Source of the DNA: a virus
Taxonomy: Duplodnaviria; Caudoviricetes
DNA length: 64,000 nt
Reading direction: 5' to 3' (one strand)
Virus record (IMG/VR): IMGVR_UViG_2896201746_000001
Coordinates: 32,001-96,000 of that record
The notes beneath the pieces were generated by a model. It worked only from the letters and a program-made list of their open reading frames with translations, was not told the DNA's origin and did not search any database. This document shows, in pieces, positions 56,208-64,000 of this stretch. The first letter of the stretch is position 1; each line of letters opens with the position of its first letter. Made by a program: the position numbers and the translations under genes.

Positions 56208-56434
56208 GCGTCGTCAACCCGGAGGATGTCCTGCGCGAGGTCGTGCGCCAGTTCCCCGCCAGCCCGGCCGACATCGCCGGCCGGCTCAATATGCAGGGCG
56301 GCTACGCCATCGTCTCGATCGGGAAGGTCATGTCCTCCCTGCACCAGGCCGGCTACCTGCAGGGCACCCAGCGCCTTGGCCGCATGATTTACCGTCCAAC
56401 CGAGAAGGGGAGAAGCTACGTTTCCAATTTCTAG
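56204..56434 (+). CDS. Small winged-helix protein
   Basis: SPADIAGRL...SLHQAGYL...YRPTEKG. Confidence 0.65.
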   Translation: MSVVNPEDVLREVVRQFPASPADIAGRLNMQGGYAIVSIGKVMSSLHQAGYLQGTQRLGRMIYRPTEKGRSYVSNF

Positions 56435-56556
56435 TAAGCGCTGACATCTTCCCTTGAAGATGCTTAGCTAAGCTGGTAGGTTAGCTTCGATTCCCTTCCG
56501 GGCTAATCCGGAGAGCAATCTGGAGAAGTCCGGCCAACCCAACCCAGCGAGAGATC

Positions 56557-56766
56557 ATGATCCAAATGACGGCTGATTCCGTGTTCATTGATTCGCGCGC
56601 CGCGGCCGACGACATCAGCGCGGCCCTGGCGAAGTTCGCCGCTGAGCATGGTCTGAGCTACGACATTGAGACAGCGGAGCACATTGCGTTGGATCTCTTC
56701 CCCGGCGGTCTGCCGGAACTGGCCCGCCAACTGATTCTCGTCTGCAACATCACCCCTCAGAGTTGA
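56557..56766 (+). CDS. Small hypothetical protein
   Basis: ORF track only. Confidence 0.45.
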   Translation: MIQMTADSVFIDSRAAADDISAALAKFAAEHGLSYDIETAEHIALDLFPGGLPELARQLILVCNITPQS

Positions 56767-56855
56767 TCTACACCACCGGCGATGAATGATCGTGCGCGGC
56801 GGCAGCTTATGCGCGAAGATCATTCATCGCTGACAAACACAAAGCAGGTGTGTTT

Positions 56856-57185
56856 ATGACCATCACGATGCCCCTTACCTTCGAGGTCGTCGAGCCGCCC
56901 AGGCTCGACCCGGAGAACCGCCAGTTGATCGGCCATGTCCGGATCAACGGCGTCGATCATCACGTCACGCTGATGCAGGTCGTCGATCTGGCTGCCGCCG
57001 AGGAGGACTCGGCCGGCGAGGATGTCGAGAGCTTCGACACGACCTTCGGCGACCAGGCCCCGGCGCATGAGCACTCCAGCCGGTTCCAGGCGCTGCAGGA
57101 CTTCGAGAGCACCGGCGAACCCTTCCGCACCGTCCCGGTCGATGGCCGGGAATACGTCTGCGTCATCACCCCCTTCACGGCGTGA
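56856..57185 (+). CDS. Hypothetical protein
   Basis: Codon bias; operator motif upstream. Confidence 0.65.
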   Translation: MTITMPLTFEVVEPPRLDPENRQLIGHVRINGVDHHVTLMQVVDLAAAEEDSAGEDVESFDTTFGDQAPAHEHSSRFQALQDFESTGEPFRTVPVDGREYVCVITPFTA

Positions 57186-57745
57186 CGGCCATGGACGGCT
57201 TACTCGACACCCGCACCGGTAGCTTCGTGACCACCGTCTCCGGCCGCCGCTTCTTCCCGCTCGACCCGCGCGTCGAGGACATCTGCATCAACGACATCGC
57301 CCACTCGCTCGCCCGGCAGTGCCGCTACAACGGCCATGTCAGGGCCGGCCACTACTCGGTTGCCGAGCACAGCGTCCTCTGCTCGCTGGTCGTCGACGAG
57401 GAGATCGCGCTGCAGGCCCTGCTCCATGATGCCGCAGAAGCCTACATTGGCGATTTGGTCCGGCCGATGAAGGTGCTGCCGGAGCTGCGCGCGGTCTGGA
57501 CGCCGATCGAGGAGGGCGTCGAGCGCGTCATCTCCGAGCGCTTCGGCCTGCCCTTCCCCTGGCATCCGGACGTCAAGCGCGCCGACAACGCGGTGCTGGC
57601 CCGGGAGATCCTGGAGATCCGGCCGGCGACACCCTGGGCACACGAGTGTGCCGAGCTGCCGGCTGACGTCGAGGTGACGGGCTGGCAGCCGGGCTATGCC
57701 GAGTGGAAATTCCTCAAGCGTTTCAACGAGCTTTGTCGCCCCTAA
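57182..57745 (+). CDS. HD-domain 5'-deoxynucleotidase (YfbR-like)
   Basis: DIAHSLARQCRYNGH, YSVAEHS, LLHDAAEAYIGD. Confidence 0.9.
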   Translation: MTAMDGLLDTRTGSFVTTVSGRRFFPLDPRVEDICINDIAHSLARQCRYNGHVRAGHYSVAEHSVLCSLVVDEEIALQALLHDAAEAYIGDLVRPMKVLPELRAVWTPIEEGVERVISERFGLPFPWHPDVKRADNAVLAREILEIRPATPWAHECAELPADVEVTGWQPGYAEWKFLKRFNELCRP

Positions 57746-57823
57746 CAGTAGATCGCGGACGAAGGAGAGCCTTCAAGAAACCCTTTTAATGAGCTATGCT
57801 CCAACCTCAGGGACTCGTCTGGA

Positions 57824-59641
57824 ATGAAAATGGAAGTTATCCAGTATAGTAAGCGTCAATCTGCGTCGAAAGCAGCAAGCCCGGCAGAAAGTTTGAATGC
57901 TGCCCGAGTAATGGCGCGTGCGCTTTCTGAAGCGACGCCGGAGAGTGATCGGGGATCTCTGGCGCGTTCTTTTTGCCACCGGCTTGTCTCGGCTTGGTGG
58001 AGGGCTCTGACGTCTCCTGCTCATGACCTTGAGCTTCGCCCTTTGTTTGAGCACGAAGAGCTATCGGATCTTCCAGAGCCTGCCGCCGCGTCGGCCGACA
58101 GCATCGGCATGGCAGCGGCGACTTACGATCCAGAGCGTGCGGCCTACGCTATCGGCCTCATCTACACGGGCATGCTGCCACAAGCCTTTCGGGCTAGTCA
58201 CGGCATGTACTATACGCCGCCGGAATTGACAGCCCGTCTGATCGAGCAGGCGACTGTCGCTGGAACGGATTGGGCGCGCTGCAGGGTCTTGGATCCAGCC
58301 TGTGGTGGAGGGGCGTTCCTGGCTCCTGTTGCTCGGAGGATGCTCTCAGAGCTTGAAGGCGTTACCCCGGCCATCGCGATTAAAAATGTGTCAGGCCGGT
58401 TGCGTGGCTATGAGATTGACCCGTTCGGAGCTTGGCTTTCGCAGGTCACTCTTGACGCCGTGATGCTGCCGATGTGCCGACAGGCAAAGCGGCACATGCC
58501 GTTGGTGGTGACAGTTTGCGACAGCCTTAAAAGCCGTCCGCCGCGTGAGAGGTTCGACCTAGTTATTGGCAACCCACCCTACGGCAGGGTGAAGCTCTCT
58601 CAAGACGAGCGCGCCCGCTTCCAGCGCAGCCTTTATGGCCATGCCAATCTTTACGGGCTTTTCACCGACATAGCCCTTCAACATGTGCGGGCTGGAGGCG
58701 TCATCGCCTATGTCACGCCAACGAGTTTTCTGGCTGGAGAATACTTCAAGAATTTGCGTTCTCTGCTCGGCTCCAATGCTCCACCTGTGACGGTGGACTT
58801 TATCGCCGTGCGTAAGGGCGTATTTGAGGACGTTCTTCAAGAAACTCTCCTCGCTACCTATCGCCGGGACGGGAAGGCCACTGGTGCTGAGGTATTCGAG
58901 GTTATGCCGAATGGGGAGCAGGGAATCCGGGCAATCCGCGCCGGCAGCTTCTCCCTACCTGAAGACCAATCTCAGCCCTGGAGGCTGCCGAGAACTCCAG
59001 ATCAGGCCCCTCTCGTTGAGCAACTTCAGGTCATGCCACACCGGCTGGCTGACTGGGGCTATGGTGTCAGTACGGGGCCTCTCGTCTGGAATCGACACAA
59101 GGAACAACTCTGCAGTGCGAAGGGCTCCGGACAGCTTCCACTTATCTGGGCCGAAGCAATCACGGCTGATGGGAAGTTCATTTTCCGCGCAGAGAAAAAG
59201 AACCATGAGCCTTACTTTAAGCCGTTGCCGGCAGATGATTGGCTAATTACGCGCACGCCTTGCGTTTTGTTGCAGCGTACGACTGCAAAAGAACAGAGCC
59301 GGCGGTTGATTGCCGCCGCTCTGCCGGCGTCCTTTCTGAAAAAGCACGGCGGAGCCGTGGTGATTGAGAACCACCTCAATATGCTGCGCCCAATGGGTGC
59401 AAAACCCAAAGTGTCGGCTGCTGTTCTAGCTGCTTTCCTGAACAGCGATGCCGCAGACAAGGCTTTCCGCTGCGTCAGCGGCAGCGTCGCAGTATCAGCC
59501 TATGAACTCGAGGCTTTGCCCCTCCCTGATCCGGCATCGCTCAAATCGCTCGCCGAACTAGTGCGCCGTCGGGCCGGAAGAAAGGCCATCGAAGATGAGT
59601 GCAATCGACTTTATAACAGAAAGACGGAAGACAGTGAATGA
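57824..59641 (+). CDS. Type II N6-adenine DNA methyltransferase (gamma class)
   Basis: YYTP, LDPACGGGAF, GNPPY; lower GC. Confidence 0.92.
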   Translation: MKMEVIQYSKRQSASKAASPAESLNAARVMARALSEATPESDRGSLARSFCHRLVSAWWRALTSPAHDLELRPLFEHEELSDLPEPAAASADSIGMAAATYDPERAAYAIGLIYTGMLPQAFRASHGMYYTPPELTARLIEQATVAGTDWARCRVLDPACGGGAFLAPVARRMLSELEGVTPAIAIKNVSGRLRGYEIDPFGAWLSQVTLDAVMLPMCRQAKRHMPLVVTVCDSLKSRPPRERFDLVIGNPPYGRVKLSQDERARFQRSLYGHANLYGLFTDIALQHVRAGGVIAYVTPTSFLAGEYFKNLRSLLGSNAPPVTVDFIAVRKGVFEDVLQETLLATYRRDGKATGAEVFEVMPNGEQGIRAIRAGSFSLPEDQSQPWRLPRTPDQAPLVEQLQVMPHRLADWGYGVSTGPLVWNRHKEQLCSAKGSGQLPLIWAEAITADGKFIFRAEKKNHEPYFKPLPADDWLITRTPCVLLQRTTAKEQSRRLIAAALPASFLKKHGGAVVIENHLNMLRPMGAKPKVSAAVLAAFLNSDAADKAFRCVSGSVAVSAYELEALPLPDPASLKSLAELVRRRAGRKAIEDECNRLYNRKTEDSE

Positions 59642-60720
59642 GTTTACCTCCTTATGTGTCGCGTAGCATTGTTTCTGAACGCCTCCCGCTGATATTTCCG
59701 GAAGGCACTCCAAACAGGACCTACTGTATTCGGGAGTTGGCTGCAAGCGCAGTCTTTACTGCTATATACATAGGAGCAGTTGAAGGTGCGGCGCGCTATC
59801 TTGGGCCGGTACACGTCTATCGGATGACAGAACAGCAGGCAGCGTTGGCCGATTCGGGGAGCCGCGAGGCTTACGCAGCAGGAATCCTGAAGAAGAAATT
59901 CCGTGTGCCCGGCGAACGTTGGTACGCCGATAACACCCGTGAGCCGATCCGTGACGAAACTCTAAGGGATGGATTGGTCGCCGTCGGAGCGGTTCTGCGC
60001 CGTGAGGATCTGCCGACCACGTCCGGGTTGCCGCGTTATCAACTCAAGGGAAGTTTTGCTGGGCTTTTTGATCCAGCTCTCGAGGGAGAAGGTCTGGAGA
60101 AGGCCATTGCTAATTTCCAAGCAACGCACCTCAGCAAAAGCGCTTTAGCGAGGATATCCATCATTCTTGCTGGAGCTGCTGGGAAAGAGGGTGGAGTTCT
60201 TGTCACCTTTCCCAACAAGGAGACAAGAACGCTGGCTCCGGGGCCAAGCTCAATTATCTCTAAAGACGTTATCGAAGTATTTTCCGCGCACTTCCTTGAT
60301 AAGCCTGCCGTGCTTTGGTTGAGCGAAAGCGGAAATAAGGTGGTTGCTAAAGACGATAAACTTGCAGCAGCCATTGGTTTGAAGATAGAGGCTGACAAAA
60401 ATCTTCCAGATCTGATTCTGGCGGATCTTGGACCGGCCGACCCGCTCATTGTATTTGTCGAAGTGGTGGCAACAGACGGCGCAATGACCAAAAGGCGAAA
60501 GGAAGCTATGCTAGAGTTGACGGATGCAGCCGGCTTTCCGCGCACCCAGATCGCCTTTTTAACAGCCTACCAGGACCGGGAGTCCGCTGGATTCAAGAAG
60601 ACGGTGGCGGGGCTTGCGTGGGGGTCATTTGCTTGGTTAGTCTCCGAGCCGAAAGGTATTATTCACATGCGTGACGGCGAGACGAGTTTTCGACTCTTGG
60701 ATGCGGTGATAAAAACATAA
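59638..60720 (+). CDS. BsuBI/PstI-family restriction endonuclease
   Basis: YADNTREPIRDETL, LAPGPSS, LPDLIL, FVEVVATDG, FLTAY, LAWGS. Confidence 0.9.
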   Translation: MSLPPYVSRSIVSERLPLIFPEGTPNRTYCIRELAASAVFTAIYIGAVEGAARYLGPVHVYRMTEQQAALADSGSREAYAAGILKKKFRVPGERWYADNTREPIRDETLRDGLVAVGAVLRREDLPTTSGLPRYQLKGSFAGLFDPALEGEGLEKAIANFQATHLSKSALARISIILAGAAGKEGGVLVTFPNKETRTLAPGPSSIISKDVIEVFSAHFLDKPAVLWLSESGNKVVAKDDKLAAAIGLKIEADKNLPDLILADLGPADPLIVFVEVVATDGAMTKRRKEAMLELTDAAGFPRTQIAFLTAYQDRESAGFKKTVAGLAWGSFAWLVSEPKGIIHMRDGETSFRLLDAVIKT

Positions 60721-61200
60721 TAGAGATAACCGACTTTGGAGCAGATGCGGTGGTAATGAAATGAGAAAGCTAAAATAAGGCTGGCCAATATCACTATCCT
60801 TTATCGAGCTTATAAAATAAATCTCCATCATCTTGAGTTGTCAGGAAACCTCCGCTTATGGAATGCTTCCTGGCAACTCAAGATAATATTGAAAATATTC
60901 TTTCTGGCTAGTTAGGCTGAATGCCGCCCGCAAGCCATCTTTCTGGTTCAGTTCACAGCTAGCGTTGTTTGTGAGTGCCCACTGCGCGTTTCTAGTGTGA
61001 GCGTAACTTCGATTCGGTCTGCGTGGAGAAGGTACAAGTCAAGTCGCTGCGCAAAATCGCCGAAGAGCTGGGCATGTGCCGCAGGCTCCTGGCAAAGCGC
61101 ATCTGATTTCTTCTCCGTAAGCGGCGCGCTTTCATTTCCGCGGAAGCGCGCCGCATGCGACTATCATTCATCGCTGATCGACAACGACGAGGAATGAGCG

Positions 61201-61479
61201 ATGAACGTCGAAGCCCTGCAAGCCGCCCTTCAGCGCGCGATCCGCCTGACTGGCGACGACTTTCACCTCACCCTGACCGGCACCGGCGCATACGTCACCC
61301 ACTGGACCCGCCCCGCGGCCGACCTCTTCGAGGACTGCACGGCGGTCGCGAGCGGCAGCATCCCGGAGTGCCTGGCCGCGCTCGATGCCTATGTCGACGT
61401 CCTCGTCTCCCAGCGCGCCAAACCCACGGCTCCCGCCCGCCCGGCCAGCGCCCGGGCGCTCGATGCCGTCTTCGCGTAA
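61201..61479 (+). CDS. Hypothetical protein
   Basis: RBS GAGGA; operator motif upstream. Confidence 0.65.
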   Translation: MNVEALQAALQRAIRLTGDDFHLTLTGTGAYVTHWTRPAADLFEDCTAVASGSIPECLAALDAYVDVLVSQRAKPTAPARPASARALDAVFA

Positions 61480-61502
61480 TGAGCCAATGGAGCAATAGAG
61501 CA

Positions 61503-61733
61503 ATGGCACTCGATCCTGTTCGCGCAGCCCGCGTCCGTCGCATGCTCCCCGACAAGACAACCTGGCCCGGCACCGTCCTTGCGATGAAGCGCATCGAGGA
61601 GGGCTGCATCGTGGAGTTCGGCGATATCCGCAGTTCCACCGCCCCGTTCTTCATCCACCTCGGTCCCGGCCGCGCGCCGCTGCGCTTCGATACGGTCGAC
61701 GAGCTGATCGCGGCCGGCTGGGCGGTGGACTGA
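61503..61733 (+). CDS. Hypothetical protein
   Basis: MALDPVRA...FDTVDELIAAGWAVD. Confidence 0.65.
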   Translation: MALDPVRAARVRRMLPDKTTWPGTVLAMKRIEEGCIVEFGDIRSSTAPFFIHLGPGRAPLRFDTVDELIAAGWAVD

Positions 61734-61735
61734 CC

Positions 61736-61972
61736 ATGAGCCGCGCCCCCTGGCCCGGCAAGGCCATCACCGGCTACGTCCGGAAGAGCCTGGACGACAA
61801 GCCCTGGGACGCCTCCTTCCAGCCGAAGCCTGACGCGAAGTTCTTCACCGCCCGGCCACGGCCGCTCGAAGACAACGGCTGGAAGGTGCAGTTCGAGGGC
61901 CGCTGGTATCCGCTGCGGGGCGGCATTCACGTCCCGTTCTCGATCCTCCTGAATACGCCGCTATCGCCATGA
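61736..61972 (+). CDS. Hypothetical protein
   Basis: ATGA overlap with the next gene. Confidence 0.6.
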   Translation: MSRAPWPGKAITGYVRKSLDDKPWDASFQPKPDAKFFTARPRPLEDNGWKVQFEGRWYPLRGGIHVPFSILLNTPLSP

Positions 61973-62478
61973 TCCTCGCCGTCACCGGGCACCGACCCGA
62001 GAAGCTGGGCGGCCACTCGCCGGCGCTACGCCGCAAGCTCGCCGTCTTCGCGTCGTTCCGGCTCCGTCACTTCATCCAGACCCACGGCCGGCCCGACAAG
62101 ATCATCTCCGGCATGGCGCTGGGCTGGGATCAGGCAATGGCGATCGCGGCGATCGCCGCCGGCATCCCGCTGGTGGCGGCCGTCCCCTGCGACGCCCAGG
62201 ATGCGACCTAGCCGGCCGAGAGCCGCGCCTTCTATCGGATCCTGCTGCACCGCGCCGCCGAGTTTCACGTCATCAGCCCCGGCCCCTACGAGGGCTGGAA
62301 GATGAACACCCGCAACGAATGGATGGTCGATCACAGCGACCGGCTGCTGGCGCTGTGGGATGGCTCGCAGGGCGGCACTGCGAATTGCGTGCGCTATGCC
62401 CGCGGCCTCGGCCGGCCGATCGACAACCTCTGGAGCGAATGGGAGAAGTTCACCGATGCTCTTCATGCCGCTGATTGA
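61969..62478 (+). pseudogene. SLOG/YspA (DUF1273-like) gene interrupted by in-frame TAG at 62209
   Basis: AVTGHRP, ISGMALGWDQ, AVPC..QDAT*P, then RNEWMVDHSD.LLALWDGSQGGTANCVRYA in the same frame. Confidence 0.85.
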
Positions 62479-62686
62479 GATTCCGGACCAGCTCGCCGAC
62501 CGCGTTCAGGCTGCCTTCTACCCGGAGAAGCCGCTCAACGAGCGCCAGTTCGCCGTCCGTTCCTACATGGCCGACCGGATCACCGACATGGTCCTGCAGC
62601 ACATTCCGCTGGTCAGCCGGGACAGCATGAAATGGGACAACCGCCGCGGCGACGCCGCCGGCGACGGCAAAGTGCTCGCGAGCTGA
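62456..62686 (+). CDS. Hypothetical protein
   Basis: MLFMPLIEIPDQ...; RBS GGGAG. Confidence 0.55.
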   Translation: MLFMPLIEIPDQLADRVQAAFYPEKPLNERQFAVRSYMADRITDMVLQHIPLVSRDSMKWDNRRGDAAGDGKVLAS

Positions 62687-62690
62687 GCCG

Positions 62691-62948
62691 ATGGCGGTCG
62701 TTCCGCAGGAGGAGCGCCTACGGGCGTTCCGGGCGATCGCCCAGGCGCGGCTCCGGCGCTGGCCTGGGCTTGCCGATGCGGCGAGCGACGCCGGCTTCGT
62801 CGCCCTCCCGCCGGCCGTGAAGATGCAGCGCTTGATGGCCGAGGGCGGGCCGTGGTCGAGCTATCGCTTCGGCGATCTGGATCGGCCGGAGCGGGCAATG
62901 ATCCTCCGGGAGATCGCCGAGGCGGCCTTCTTCGCCGACGGCTGGTAG
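62691..62948 (+). CDS. Hypothetical protein ending FADGW
   Basis: ORF track; codon bias. Confidence 0.65.
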   Translation: MAVVPQEERLRAFRAIAQARLRRWPGLADAASDAGFVALPPAVKMQRLMAEGGPWSSYRFGDLDRPERAMILREIAEAAFFADGW

Positions 62949-63057
62949 GCGCTGGCAGATGTGTGCAAGCGAAGCCCTTGACAGGCCGCGGGGATGAAGG
63001 CTTCTGCCACGTTCCGTTGGTGGTAGAGCAACTCGAAATCGCTTGGAGGAGCGAGGT

Positions 63058-63957
63058 ATGCGTGACTTCCTGAAATTCGTGCGGAAGCTGGTGCTGTTCG
63101 TTGTCGTGGTCGCCGTCTCGGCCGTCGTCGGTACGGGGATCGGCGTGAATATGGGCGGCGGGAAGGAGAATCCGGCCGGCTCCGGCCTGGGCGGGCTTTT
63201 CGGAATGCTCATCGGTGCCGCGACGCCGATCGTCATCGTGGTGATCCGGGCAATCCTCCGCCAGCGCCGCAAAGAGCGCGAGATGCGGGAACGGATGGAG
63301 TGGGAACGCGACCGCGCCGCCAGGACCGAAGCTGCCATCGCCCACGTCAACGAGATCGTCCGCACGCATGCCAAGGCGCTCGCCCGGCAGTACCTGACGA
63401 AAACCAAGGTGGACGCCTATGGGGCGAATGACTTCTCCGCCTGGTTCAAGGAAGAGGATCATTTCGTGGCGCGCGTGCTGTCTCCGCGGCTGTCCGACGA
63501 GGAGCTGGAGCTGCTCAACCGGGCCGACGGGGTGACGCTGAAGGACGTGTTCCTGGAGGCCTTCGACGAAATCGTTCTGGCCGAGGTCGTCGCACTGAAG
63601 AATGGCGCGGCCAGCATCGAGAACATCACCCCGGCCGAGTATGAGCGCCTGTGCGCCCGCCTGCTGGACGAGGCCGGCTGGGATACGAGCGTGACCGGCG
63701 CGTCCGGCGACCAGGGTGCCGACGTCATCGCCACGCTCGGCGGCGAGACGCTGGTCGTCCAGTGCAAGCTCTACAAGCGCCCGGTCGGCAACAAGGCTGT
63801 CCAGGAAGCCGCTGCTGCCCGCACCCACTACCGCGCCACCCATGCCGTCGTCGTCGCCCCGCTCGGCTTCACCCCAGCAGCCCGTGACCTGGCCGCGAGC
63901 ACCGGCGTCGTGCTGTTGCACCATGACGATCTGCCGCAGATCGCCGACCACATTTAG
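63058..63957 (+). CDS. Membrane-anchored Mrr-type restriction endonuclease domain protein
   Basis: Two N-terminal TM helices; EYERLC...SGDQGADVIA...VVQCK...AVQEA...FTPAA. Confidence 0.85.
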   Translation: MRDFLKFVRKLVLFVVVVAVSAVVGTGIGVNMGGGKENPAGSGLGGLFGMLIGAATPIVIVVIRAILRQRRKEREMRERMEWERDRAARTEAAIAHVNEIVRTHAKALARQYLTKTKVDAYGANDFSAWFKEEDHFVARVLSPRLSDEELELLNRADGVTLKDVFLEAFDEIVLAEVVALKNGAASIENITPAEYERLCARLLDEAGWDTSVTGASGDQGADVIATLGGETLVVQCKLYKRPVGNKAVQEAAAARTHYRATHAVVVAPLGFTPAARDLAASTGVVLLHHDDLPQIADHI

Positions 63958-64000
63958 AGGAAGAATCAACATATTGTTGCTTTGTCGACTAAATAAGGCA

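Larger units (their letters stand above)
2032..61180. promoter_or_regulatory. Dispersed operator-like motif (TA)TCA-N8-TGA(CA), about 25 copies
   Basis: e.g. 15530 TCAGTCAGCGATGACA, 32595 TCAGTAAGCGATGACA, 51898 TCACTAAGCGCTGACA. Confidence 0.85.
2087..61507. repeat. Sixteen dispersed arrays of CNATNG hexamers at an 8-bp period
   Basis: e.g. 38954 ccattg gg taatac gg caatag cg caattg ac ctattg gg tcatag cc caatac. Confidence 0.9.

Noticed and set aside
56455-56545. tRNA-like or riboswitch-like segment (ttcgattccc, small hairpins)
   Set aside because: I could not build a cloverleaf or match a known riboswitch consensus by eye; an Infernal/tRNAscan run would settle it
35505-62211. Genome-wide stop-codon reassignment
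   Set aside because: Only two interrupted genes, with different stops (TAA, TAG); both codons terminate other genes normally
7240-62948. GW-stop ends interpreted as Chi sites (GCTGGTGG-like) or purely as RBS+TGATG coupling
   Set aside because: Codons and stop codons vary, none is an exact E. coli Chi, and several cases have no coupled downstream gene; coupling may still contribute in a few cases

Overview
The window is a high-GC replication, recombination and nucleotide-metabolism region of a large phage-plasmid, probably from an alphaproteobacterial host (inferred from GANTC clustering at the origin). Its gene set resembles SSU5/pHCM2-type elements. It carries a Rep_3 initiator with an iteron origin and a short ParA (ParF-like) plus RHH (ParG-like) partition pair. 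It also encodes DnaB, primase, an SF2 helicase, DnaE with a degenerate C-terminal UDG domain, a gp32-like SSB, a UvsY-like mediator, RecA, a 5'-3' exonuclease, SbcCD, RuvC, NrdAB(-Grx), ThyA, DHFR, MazG-like, HD and NADAR proteins, and a CobT-like vWA / CobS-like AAA pair with a LAGLIDADG intein. Low-GC insertions include a PIN module and a BsuBI/PstI-family R-M system. No virion genes, tRNAs or CRISPR arrays were seen. Three window-wide signals are not explained by gene annotation. (1) Nine unrelated proteins end in the same C-terminal peptide, [W/F/L/I]-[S/A/T/C]-[E/D/Q/G]-G-W-stop, written with varying codons. (2) Sixteen dispersed arrays of a palindromic CNATNG hexamer with exact 8-bp spacing occur, several inside conserved genes and one on the parA start, suggesting a distributed centromere. 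(3) About 25 copies of a TCA-N8-TGA operator-like motif lie ahead of most operons. A ParB-N / ornithine-cyclodeaminase-like / PP-loop operon at the left edge is a candidate DNA base-modification pathway. All family assignments come from motif recognition by eye; no database searches were run.
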